A stretch of 63,128 nt of DNA, filler included, from Collodictyon triciliatum (lineage: Eukaryota), in NCBI GenBank assembly GCA_043381765.1. It is 9 parts of 9 records of this genome, joined end to end, with 100 filler letters (N's around TTAATTAATTAA, not from the genome) between each part and the next. Parts side by side here need not be neighbours in the genome. Positions count along the whole stretch, not along the records: positions 13,350 to 22,836 come from JBHJMP010004370.1; positions 22,937 to 29,511 come from JBHJMP010004371.1; 7 more parts are not named here. The stretch is one strand, 5' to 3'. How positions within the stretch are numbered: the first letter of the stretch is position 1; each line of letters starts with the position of its first letter. Made by a program: the position numbers and the translations under genes. Positions 13,719-24,741 of the stretch are shown here, in pieces. Below the pieces are notes generated by a model that saw only the letters and a list, made by a program, of their open reading frames with translations, did no database searches and was not told the DNA's origin.

Positions 13719-15994
13719 ATGGATCGAAGAGCAGAGAAAAGAAAAGAGGAAGCGGCGAGGAGTGAGGAGCAATATTACTTAGTTTTTCTTGGCCCTGGCA
13801 CTTTCAAATTGGTTGATGAACAGGACTCCATAGCCACCTACCTGTTCGGCTCTAGGGTGGATCGTTGGTGCAACGTTTACCTGAGATACTTTTTCATTCC
13901 TTCAGTCATATTATGGTTCTCAATTCTTGGTATCTACTTTTCGGATTGGAATAATCCTATAAAAGTATCGAGATATGCCATCCACGCTCTATCTGTTCTG
14001 CCCATTCTTATGATGATGAGCACATTCCTCCTTTTTGTAAGAGAAATAGCGGTTGACTGTCTGAGATTATTTGATACCGTGTTCATTATCATTAATATTG
14101 TAATTAACGGGGTTCTGCTGAGTTATGTCACCCAAGCATCCCTTTGGGATATATTGTCGCTTATGGTCCTATATTTTCTGAGCTATATTAACTCCATATT
14201 TGCAGAATCCGCAAAATTAAATTTTAAAGATTACAATAAAATTTATGACAACTCTCTATCAGAAATCCATAGTATAGGTAGTGTGGAAAATGACGGACTT
14301 AGTAGAAAATCGAAACCTGAACCCCCCTCACACGATACTATTATATCAATAAACAGATTGGCACTGTTACGGTCGTTTCAAGACTCTTCTTTAAAAACCG
14401 ACAAGGCTGCCCTAATCAAGGCTTCAATAGCTAGACAAATACATTTTGCAAGCTATTTCAGTATCATCGGGGTCATAGCTGGTTTAGGAATACAGATATA
14501 CATTTACTTCTCTGCTCAGTTTTTTTGGACTGACTACAAAAACTCTATGCTATTGGACACTAAATGGCTTAAATTGTCTACGCTAGAACTACTCTCATTT
14601 GCTTCCTTCAATACAATAACGTTTCTAGCCAAGAAAACGTACTTTTTGTTAGTCAACCCTTTTCGCCCGAGATGTTCCTGCCAAGGATTAGTAAGGATTC
14701 CCTTCGTCCCTGGATGGAGGCTTTTGCTTCAAGACTATATCAAGTCTAACAAAAAAGCGATATTGGTGAAAGTAGCTGAACCGCGGGGAATAGGCCCATT
14801 TTCAAATGAAATCCACGATAGAGCTTTCGTACAGTCTTTTCATAATACCAGTCAACCAGACAACAGAGTCCAATGGGAAGGACATGACATTCGGAAATAT
14901 CTGGAAAGTCCATATTTTACCCGGGGGGAGTTGCAGGTAGCACACTCACACCTGCATACGGGCAAAATCCGTGCCATATTCCCAACCTCCCAGAGATCAA
15001 TTCATTTCAAGGACGTATCACTGCTAAGAAGAATCATAAAATCGATGAATCCAATCATGAGGAAGTATTTCAGAATTACCTTGAAACTAATCGATGCACT
15101 TTCGACGATTTGCCTTTATGCAAGCCTTTACGAAGTCACACAAAATGACAAAGAATTGTCTAGGACGATGCAAGTGTTACACATTATATCTATTTTATCA
15201 GTTTGCCTGGTGCTACTCGATTTCTCGAAAAGAGAAATGAAATTCTGCTTTACTCACTTTGAAAACGTTTTCTTGATAGTAAATATTTTAGTTCTTTTTG
15301 TTTCCTTGTCTGATGTATTTGGATGGAGGAGCCAACGGTCTTTGTACTTCGTCCCGCTATTGTGTGTGTTTCTGATCAGGGCGATGCTCTTTGATTCGTT
15401 TTCCGTGGATTATAAGCACTTTAGCACGTCATTGACGGAAAATATTCGCATCAAGGATGGCTTTGAGGCAACGATGCCATTCACGAGCTTCGTACTGGAA
15501 CTCTTGGACGAATACACAAGGCAATTGGAGATGGAGCAATCAGGCAGACCAGACTCCGCAGATGTGAGAAGCATGGCGAAGGTCCGAACCCGCCAGCAGC
15601 GAAGCGAGGTGAGAATGACATGGTCTGAGAGATTTGCTTACTACAAGATATTTGGCCTGAGGCACTTCATCTCGTATTTTGTGGGCCCAACCGTCTCCAT
15701 CACGCTTCTGCTTCTGTGCCAAAGCTCCTTGTTGGCAGGGGCAAACGAGGGAGATATCCGCCTGGGCATAGTTCATGGAAGGAACCTATCTCTGGCCAAG
15801 GGGCTCTGCTCAACATATTGGTATTCTGTGTCAAGAGACAGTGCCGTTTCCTGTCCAACCCCCTCGTGTCATCGACAATCACAGAGCCGTTCTTTCAATA
15901 CCCCCTCGTCCGCTCCTTGGTGAGGGAGATGATGGCTGCTGGGGAGACTGAGGGCCCCCGTAGTCCACGTCGATTGGGTGCAGACACGCAATAG
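13719..15994 (+). CDS. Intronless multipass membrane protein with two internally homologous halves; apparent 1-nt frameshift near 15794
   Basis: 734-aa ORF with many hydrophobic segments. Halves align (CLRLFDTVFIIINI vs CFTHFENVFLIVNI; FNTITFLAKKTYFLLVNP vs LNILVFCVKRQCRFLSNP, the latter only in the -1 frame). Confidence 0.7.
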
Positions 15995-16319
15995 CATCTC
16001 CGCTTGGTTGGCTTTGCACGCAGCAGACGTGTGATTGTGATGGTTGTGGTGGTGTTGGTGCAACTCTTGTTGGTTGCCAGGAAGTGAACCCTGGCGTTCT
16101 GTGTTTCCATGGACGCCCCGCACGTCAGCCATTCCTCCAAGGAGGAGCACCATTTCCTTCTCTCTCTCTCTCTCTCTTTTTTTCTTTTTTCTTATGCGAG
16201 ACCGGACTCCATTCCCCCCCACGTATCATTCATCACAACGAAATAATCTAAAAACTAACAAAAAAAAAGGGAAAAAATTGGTGAAAGAGTATATTACTCC
16301 TACACCATTGGAAACTGTT

Positions 16320-16642
16320 GGTTTACAGACAACCTCGCTGAGGAGTACTGAACTGTTCAGACGTTGGTCTGTAAGTGCAGGGGAAATGAAAGGCTAGTCA
16401 TTCAAATGCACATGGGAAGGACATGTTCGGTGCTAAGTGTGTCAACGCTTTTGCGCAAGCGTGTTGGTTGTGTGCAGGTCTGTGTTTGTGTCAACTGTCT
16501 CCGAAGAGAAGGAGCAATGATTTATTCCTCATCGCTGTAGATCGATGTATCGAAGGGAATCCTATGCGATTAATAAATCGTTTACTGAGCGGAATACGGC
16601 GTCAATTACGCTGAAATCATAGCTTAGTTTTTTTTTTTTTTT
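16320..16642. ncRNA. Candidate structured RNA, family unassigned
   Basis: Dense series of short stems, a c(UUCG)g hairpin on the minus strand, and an oligo-T run at the plus-strand end. Confidence 0.3.
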
Positions 16643-16793
16643 TGTTATGCTCATATAAGAACATAGGATGCTTGTAGAATGTAAGATAGATAAGTTATAA
16701 CCATCTGTGTGGGGAAAAAAATAGAGCGATACATGATGAACGATTGTCATCACCACGCAGAGTAAAAGGTCATGAGGAGGTGAATGAAGAAAT

Positions 16794-19723
16794 TTACGAG
16801 GCAGTGTTCTCCAGGAAGGTGACAAAGTTTTCAAATGTGCGCTCCCCTGTGAACTCGAGAATGTTTGTCTTGTTTGTCGCGGGGTAAAACAGGAGTGTTG
16901 GGTATAGGCGTATGTCTAGCCCATCCACGTCATTGGCCGTGCCATCAATCTTCGCCTAGGGGGTTTCAAGTGAGTAAATGAGATAAAAAAAATATAAAAA
17001 GTCTATTGTATGATGAGCTACTGGATACAAAATACTCTCTTTTTTTTTTCTTATTTTTTTTGAAATAAGTTGAACCAAAGTAAGTTATGTCGTTTAAAAG
17101 TCTTTTTACGATTCGGATGGATGGAACGTGACGATACAGATAAGCCAGGTCTCTCCAGACGGGTACAAGGTTCTTGCAGTGGTCGCACCCTATTTTATAC
17201 ACCAGTGTTAGGTTATGGTAATAAATATATGAATATATAACTAAAAATATGCATAAATAAATCATTCGTGAAAATGATTTCGTATCCTACATGGTGCGTA
17301 GAATTCAATAAAAACATCTGCGTTGGGGTCGTTGACCATATCGCGGTAAGTGGAGGACACGGCAATCTCAACGAACCCATCCTTCTGCTTCGGGACAGGC
17401 TGAGAGCGGAGGAAAGGCATGAGATCGCCAGCCAAGTAGTCGGTGATCCACTATTTTTTTTTAAAAAAAAAAAATTAGGAGGTGGTTGGAAGAAAGAGGT
17501 ATTGCAATCAGGAAAATTTATCCAATATGAATATCGGTATTGACAATACAATAGGAGGAACAAAGCGATGGGTCACATATAACCTTTGATATGGCGTCAC
17601 CGGTGAGTTGCTTACCGGATTTCATAAGGTATTTCTTGTTCTGCATTAATTATATTAATTAATTACATTATATATAAGAGAAAAAAAAACAACTGGACGA
17701 AAAAATGAATAATTCAGGACATGAAAATGAGTTGCCTTCATTTTTTTTAAAACATAATTGGCTAAAGTCATAGAAACGAACTCTGCGGTCATCTAAGATA
17801 GCTAGCGATAAGTGCGAAGGCTGACCAAATCCAAGGGACTCAGCAAAAAGTTCGTGCTCGGCACTACAATAAATTATATTCAATTATTTATCCTGATCGG
17901 GCCTGGGTGAGGAATTGGTGATTTAATGACTATGAAAGGGATATGATAGAGAGCACTTAGTGACCCATGCCGAGGAACTTACATGTCGATCCAAGTGAAG
18001 ATGAGTTTTCCGCGGTGTTTGTTTGCAACATTTCTCGTATAGTGTATGACTTGGTCGGTAATCTTATCGGTAGGGTCCAGAAAGAGAAACACAAGAGGGA
18101 GCCCCCCATCAAGGTAGTACCGATAGGCTTCAGGATGAAGTTGATCCTACAATTTAACATAGTGATGAATCCAGTGAAAATTTTAATAATTTCTCTCAGA
18201 TTCATGATAAAGCTTCCATGTCCATCAAGATAATATATCAAAGCTCAATGAAATTTTAGAATTTACGAGTGCAGGGATGGTGTATGTGTTGATGAAAAAG
18301 TCCAGGTTGTCAGCTGTGAGAGCCTTATCTAGGTCTAGTCTAGACTCGTCAAACTTTTTGAAAAGGGCAATTGATCCGGGGTGTTTTAATCCAAGACTAG
18401 GGTTTGCATTTCAAAGTCAGACACATACTGAGCTTGAAATTACGGAATGCCGGAACCCTGACGTGTCAGAGATGATATGTACTCATATATCGTTCTCACC
18501 TATTAGCAACAGACCCATCCAGGAAATAGCCGAATCTGACTTCGTGTCTGTAATTGGATGCAGCTTCACTAAAGAGTCTGTATTCTAAAGAAAATAAATG
18601 TCCGCAACACGTTAATTGGTAAAATAGTCTATACTTATATCAGATAAATGAAGCTTTGTTAAATTAAGGCCTTGAATTCGTATGCATGTGCGTAGCATAT
18701 CCCCGATGTAATCAAGCTGTTTGATCATTACCTTCAGACTCGATCGATGTGAAGTAACCGATGACAACAGCCTCGTCAGAGTTCACGAAGGTCTTTGCCT
18801 TCTCCGTTGTACGAAGAGCTGTGGTTAGAGGCAAGAGCTCGCTGTAGATGCAGTGCGGTACATAGATATGACATGGATAGAAAAATCACAGAACAGAATA
18901 TGTTTAGTTGTATGCAAGAGAACGGTAATAATTTCCAATGATTCCTTTAATTATCTGTGGCATGGATATAGCATATACGCAGGCGATCGCATCTATACGA
19001 TGAACAATTCACAGATAGAAAATCTTTTAAAGGAGTGGATATCTGTGATGGTGGTTGGACAACTTTTTGGCTATGACATACCGCTCAATAGCGGCAGAAA
19101 GCCTCTCGAGTGATCTAACTCCGATATACTCGTTATAGGTTCCTCTTCTATATTTTAAAGAGGGTGTCAGGTCTTCTTACATAGGTACGTTAAGAGAGGG
19201 ACTTTAAGGTTAGTATTTTTTTTTCTTACACTAAAAGAAAGCATAAGATGGAAATTCTAGGAATTAAACCCGATGTGAGCTGCACCTTATTTACATACCT
19301 GAAGATAAGAACAGTGGGGTAGAAATTCACGTTGTACTGCTTGGAAACCTCTGGGTTCTCTGTACCGTCTACTTGGGCAAAGTACAAGCGCTTGCCATAC
19401 TTAGCTTCTAGCTCGTCATAGATTGGGGCCAAGGCCTTGGAGTGGGGGCACCCTAGGTTGAATTGAAGTTTGTGAAGAAAACAAAAGTTCCTACACGGTA
19501 GGCGCAGAAGAAAAGTAAGGGAGAGCGTGGAGAAGAGGAAGGCATACTATCGTATCTCAGTCTTACAAGGAGCATAAAACTTGACAAGGAGCAGTTCTTT
19601 GCTCCCGACGAAGGAATCAAAGTTGGCGTCGTTGAGATTAGCGATGGATGCAGATGTCCCAGAGATGAAAACGCAGACAATGGCCAGGGCAACAACAGCT
19701 CTGAACATGGACGGCTTTGACAT
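16794..19723 (-). CDS. Protein disulfide isomerase family protein (a-b-b'-a'), multi-exon
   Basis: Signal peptide MFRAVVALAIVCVFISGTSA; LLLVKFYAPWCPHSK and VFIEFYAPWCDHCK, each spliced within the Trp codon; KIDGTANDV; ends ERTFENFVTFLENTAS-stop. Confidence 0.92.
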
Positions 19724-19923
19724 GATTGGTGCTACAGCAAAACATGAACTTGAGTGCGCGGGAGTAAACAGAGTGGAGAAAATAAACAGGGGCAGCAAAG
19801 ACGGGGTGGTGAATTATTATTATTTTGTTTCCTTTTGGTGCTTCTTTGTGTTGTGTTTTCTTTGTTCTTTTTTTTTTTTTTTTTTTTTTTTGTCTTTTTT
19901 TTTTTTTTTTTTTATTTTATTTN

Positions 19924-19960
<37 letters not shown>

Positions 19961-20507
19961 GCCATCTCGTGTGATCATACGACGACACATGTTGTGTGCT
20001 TCGAAGTTTCTCAAGTGCGCAGCAGTGTGGATTCGTGTCTGAAGATTCTGTGCGACGTCAGGGATTGGTGTGCAGAGCTTAGCTGGGGTCTCGACAGAAA
20101 AAATAAAATATTCCCGATTACCAGCCAGGGCCGTTTATGTACCCTAGAGTTCGAATGTAAAACGACTAGTCGTGTCGTGTCCTTCATTGGCCAATATTGC
20201 TGCTCTTATTGCATAAGAATTGTGCATAGATTGTACGTGGAAGTACTTTTTTAGGCAGGTTTCGTAATTATTTGGTACATACAACAAAAACTTATATCTT
20301 CCACAATTGTGTGAGACTGCGGTTATTCGTGGCTATAACCTGGCGGGCTTGGTAGTGGTCATTCACGGTTTGTTTAGGTAGTCATGGAAACCAATCGCTG
20401 AGAAGGAATGGCGTATCATTCCATTTCCACATATATTAAATAGACCTGGAAAAAGTCTTCTCTGGGCGGGTTGCTTCCCATAAATCCAACAGTCGCACAC
20501 GCTAGAA

Positions 20508-20670
20508 GATAAAGAAAGATAAAGAAAGATAAAGAAAGATAAAGAAAGATAAAGAAAGATAAAGAAAGATAAAGAAAGATAAAGAAAGATAAAGAAAGAA
20601 GATAAAGAAAAAAGAAAATGAAAAAGAAAAAGAAAAAGAAAAAGAAAAAGAAAAAGAAAAAGAAAAAAGA
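20508..20670. repeat. (GATAAAGAAA)n followed by (AAAAAG)n
   Basis: Tandem repeats seen directly. Confidence 0.9.
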
Positions 20671-20962
20671 AAAAAAAGCAAAGGGCACAAAGTAACGGAT
20701 GTTGTTTATCATCGTCAAGGAAACGATTTTTTTCTCCTTACAAGTGGTATTGAAAGAATCCGCTACAAGGCAGGAGCCGTATGTAATAGTAAAGGCAAAT
20801 CTTCATCTGAATCATGGCGTAATAATGAATGGACGAATGATATATATATATGTTTTTTTCCACTCTACGCGCTGGGTTAGTGGTTGGCTGATCATTTGTT
20901 GCGGGTCGGCTGTATCTTTTTCATGGTAGCACGGTTAAGGAATCGATGATAAAGCCGACGAC

Positions 20963-21013
<51 letters not shown>

Positions 21014-21095
21014 CAGAAATCATATTGACGCCGCATGTCTGAGTGGAGTGGACTATGGAGACCGAAGGGAAAGTCTAGAAAAAGGCATCTTCGTT

Positions 21096-22490
21096 TTATT
21101 GGTTCCTCTTGTCATGAAAAGAATACTTAGGGGCTTTGGATGTACGCAAGAAGACGGCCGAGGTCTACAAAAGTAAATTGAGCTTAGTACGGGTAGAGAT
21201 AATTATATTTCTTTGGGATGGGGGCACTCACGGTCAAGAGGAAGGCTCTCATTCTGGCTCTTGGCTTTGGCCTGGTTGTCTTCAGAGGCTGGAAGAAGGG
21301 CGAGTCCATCAACAACATTCCATCCAATTATCTTGAAAAAGGCACTGAGTTCTTCACCCTGGCAGATTTCAGAGGGTTACGAGCCGTTGAGCATGATTTA
21401 TTTACAGTCCCTATCTGTAAAGAGCAGAAATTGGTGTGGGTGACATCGAGATATAAAAACCTGTAAGTTGAGGTATTTTTCTGCCAGAGTAATACTGATG
21501 GACTGGTGCGTTATGGCTATCAGGTGGGAGATATCTACGAGGGAGGTAGACATGCGATTAAGATACGTGGGGCAACAGATGGGGCCACGGGGAGGGCATT
21601 TCTTACATGTGCGAATAGCCTCAAAATATCCTGGGATGGCCTCCAAATAGTCTGCATGAAGAGAGGCTTCTTGCCAGTACTCGTGGAACGAACCAGACTC
21701 GAGATGGTTTGACAGGGCGCGGATCCATGAAAGAGGCTCGTTTGATTGCTATGTTGAGATATCATCATTTCAGTATATTCATAACGTTACTAGATAAGCA
21801 AATGAAACTTAATATTTGAAGGCCTCGAATATACAGTCAATTAGTTAATTTACAAGCTTTTCAGACACAAGGCAGCTGCAAAGAAGATAGTCAGTGGCTG
21901 GAAGTCTCATCTGGGCTTTAAGGAAGATCTGAATTTGTAATCGCATAAGTCAACTGATTTCGTAATAACTAGGTTCGCTTCCAGAACAAATAACGACAGA
22001 ACGATCAAGTATCGCATGCAGAGTGAGGGAAATACTCCACAAGATATATGATAAGATTGAAAGGGAGATATTTCAGTAAAAGTCAAGCAAAAGATAATTC
22101 AAAAGGGGTTGCTGGAAGTCCACAGACCTTCTCGATATACCCTTCGGCAACGGTCTCCGGGAAGAATTGGTAGAGCTTCAATAACGCAAGATTCACATCC
22201 AAGACGAAAAAGTTTTGTTCGACCTGAGTGATTTACATTAGACATACGGGCACACTACATTTTTTTAATCAGTACAAGTTCTGAAAGAAGGGGCCAACTA
22301 GAGAAACGTTCTGTGAGGGCCTACTATTTTTTTTTGAGTTTTCCCTGTCCAACATACAGCTAATAATTAATACCTGAACGTCGACGAACTCTTGGAGTTC
22401 TGGGACGATTTCTGGGTTGTATCTGTACTCGTTTAGCAACTCCTGAAACTTTTTGGTTTCTTCTTGAGCAAGGTTTGGACGAACGGCCAT
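21096..22490 (-). CDS. EIF3K: Eukaryotic translation initiation factor 3 subunit K, multi-exon
   Basis: RYNPEIVPELQEFVDVQ, LDVNLALLKLYQFFP, LKAQMRLPATDY, IPGYFEAIR, HLIAITHQSI are typical eIF3k PCI-domain blocks. Confidence 0.9.
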
Positions 22491-22937
22491 TTTGTTTTCG
22501 TTTGCCTCCCTTGTGACAGGGACGTAAAATGATTGAGAGGTTGGGTTGGCGTTGCAAGTGAATCCACATAAACCGTTTCAGGAACTTCCAACTTTATGGT
22601 TAAAAGAGGAGCTCGAAAGCAATAGCGAATTAAAATACAGTAAATAAAAAAAACCAGCACGACTTGAAACGAAAATAACAAATAGAGCTAGGGGATGTGT
22701 GTTGCCCGTAAGGTTTTCTCTCCCCCTCCCTTTTTTTAAACCAAAACAGCCTTCACCCTGCAAGCCGGACCACAGATTTGCAGGTGGTATCCAGAGAACA
22801 TACACGAGAAAAGAGAAAAGAGAAAAGAGAAAAGAGNNNNNNNNNNNNNNNNNNNNNNNNNNNNNNNNNNNNNNNNNNNNTTAATTAATTAANNNNNNNN
22901 NNNNNNNNNNNNNNNNNNNNNNNNNNNNNNNNNNNNT

Positions 22938-24080
22938 GGTGGAAGCACAATTCGTAATAATGTCAGCAATCCAAGTCAAACAATTCAGTTTATTGGAAGT
23001 ACAGGAGGCGCTACAGGTTACATACAGTTGTCATTCAATGATTCTAGTACAGGAACGGTAGCAAATTACAGGTTGGGTAATAACACAAACTGGCCAACTA
23101 CTGAAACTGTAATGAGTAGGCTAGCTGGTGGAACTGGAACAAATGAAATATTTGTAACTGAGCACGGGAATACGTATTTTAGATTTCTAGGGGCAACAGG
23201 TACAGGTGTTTCTTTACCGGCACGAGTTCAAAGGGTTGAGATTAATAATTCAGGGATGAGTATATCAGGAGACCTTACAGTGAGTGGAAATATATCAGGC
23301 ACAGTTACAGCGCCAACAGTAGCCAAAAAAACCGTGGTGATTGCATCTAATAGCAGTACAGCATACGTGTATAATTCAGGCAATACAGCTCCAGCTACAT
23401 TACTTATATCGAATAGTATACGATCACAAAAAAATATCACGCTGGGGAACATGGGCGCGTCATACGATGGCTTTGAATTTGAATTTATGTTAACGGGTGA
23501 CTTAAATAATTTTGGCGTTGCAGTGACTCTTTCGCTTGCCGGTTCATTTGTAAAAGTCAGGTCAGGTGCTATTGGTGTGGATGACTCAACAGCTGGACAG
23601 GTACATACATTTTCAAGACCGATGAATGAGTTTAGAATTACAGGTATGTTTGTTTGGAATGGTGGAACAAATCCGTACTGGGTTGTTATTGACAGAGGTG
23701 TTTATAAACAAAGAGCAACGAATACAAAATTCACGGGTGGCACTTTAACTATAGATAGAAACACACCTGAGGACGTTTTATTAACTCGTGCGACTGCTAC
23801 GACTGTTGATTTTAAAAATCTGGTTAGTTTTGGGGGTAGTCAAGAGGACTATAATGGATTTAATTTTTGGCTTTCTTTTACAAACGCGACAAGTGATGCT
23901 GTTAGTTTTACTAATAGCACTAGTGTATCAATGTTTATAATAGGAAACAGCGGTGTCCAGACTATTACAGCTGGGAGTACAGCAAGTATTGTTGCTGCAG
24001 GTCAACCAAGTACGTGTTTAAGGTGTGTTTTTCGGGATACTGCTCCGGGCGGGTTTGGATGGTTTGTATATGGTCGCTGA
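22938..24080 (+). CDS. Virus-like fibre/spike protein, 5'-truncated by the scaffold start
   Basis: Intronless, open from the scaffold edge, Gly/Thr/Ser/Asn-rich. Shaft-like ISGDLTVSGNISG, then two beta-rich modules ending PYWVVI and FGWFVY. Confidence 0.65.
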   Translation, partial: GGSTIRNNVSNPSQTIQFIGSTGGATGYIQLSFNDSSTGTVANYRLGNNTNWPTTETVMSRLAGGTGTNEIFVTEHGNTYFRFLGATGTGVSLPARVQRVEINNSGMSISGDLTVSGNISGTVTAPTVAKKTVVIASNSSTAYVYNSGNTAPATLLISNSIRSQKNITLGNMGASYDGFEFEFMLTGDLNNFGVAVTLSLAGSFVKVRSGAIGVDDSTAGQVHTFSRPMNEFRITGMFVWNGGTNPYWVVIDRGVYKQRATNTKFTGGTLTIDRNTPEDVLLTRATATTVDFKNLVSFGGSQEDYNGFNFWLSFTNATSDAVSFTNSTSVSMFIIGNSGVQTITAGSTASIVAAGQPSTCLRCVFRDTAPGGFGWFVYGR

Positions 24081-24100
24081 CTTTATTTCTTTTTTATTGT

Positions 24101-24265
24101 ATGGACCCGGTGTTAATTGTATCGTTGATCATTAACTTGTGTTTGATTGCTGAGCGTGCGATGAAGTATTATTTAAAACACGTTCGCAAGTCTCAGTGCT
24201 GTGGCAGCGTGATGGAAACGCGTGAGCCTAGTCCTGACCGTGAGCTTGAAAAAATAAATATCTAG
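24101..24265 (+). CDS. 54-aa protein with N-terminal hydrophobic helix and RKSQCCG motif, virus-like
   Basis: MDPVLIVSLIINLCLIAERAMKYYLKHVRKSQCCGSVMETREPSPDRELEKINI; starts 20 nt after the fibre-like ORF stop. Confidence 0.65.
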   Translation: MDPVLIVSLIINLCLIAERAMKYYLKHVRKSQCCGSVMETREPSPDRELEKINI

Positions 24266-24741
24266 AGTTGAAGACTGGCCCATTTTTTTATATACTTACC
24301 CCAAAATTTTGGGGAAAATATATCTATCGCGTATGTATTTTTTGTACATCGTGTAAAAATTCTGCTATGGAAAATAAACATTTTCCCCCAATTTTTTTGG
24401 GATTTTGGGGCCAGGGTTGGCGAGCGCAAACATACCGCATATGGTATCAGCAAATTAATTTAAATTATTTATATTCCACATTTGGTATATCCATATATGA
24501 TAGGAGAATCATCTAGAAAGGTACCGTACTCGCCATATATGGTAATAGAACCATCTAGAAACGTCTAGAAAGGTGTACTCGCCATATATGGTATGAAAGA
24601 CCAGGAAATAGGTGTATAAATAGGTCGAGATAAATAAATTTCTATCATTTATATATTACTATTAATATATAAATGATGACACACGGCAACAAAGAGAGAA
24701 ACGAAGATTATCTTCACTCACGTTGGCCTAGCTCTTCTTCT

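Larger units (their letters stand above)
22937..24677. mobile_element. Terminal fragment of a probable endogenous dsDNA virus (Polinton-like or virophage-like)
   Basis: Two compact intronless virus-like ORFs, then about 400 bp of palindromes and direct repeats ending in a 15-bp-arm hairpin, then host sequence. No capsid, integrase or polymerase gene is in view. Confidence 0.55.

Noticed and set aside
16338-16366. CTGAGGA plus stem resembling a hammerhead core
   Set aside because: The required GAAA after stem II is absent
13350-22836. Scaffold about 2.9 kb longer than its size-sorted neighbours
   Set aside because: Explained by a 1-N join at 19923 within a T run; the extra part holds an ordinary eIF3k gene with no insertion hallmarks
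24292-24300. ATACTTACC resembling the U1 snRNA 5' end
   Set aside because: No downstream U1 stems or recognisable U1 body
24299-24314. CCCCAAAA/TTTTGGGG resembling hypotrich ciliate telomere units
   Set aside because: Single palindromic copy, internal, and the genes use the standard genetic code
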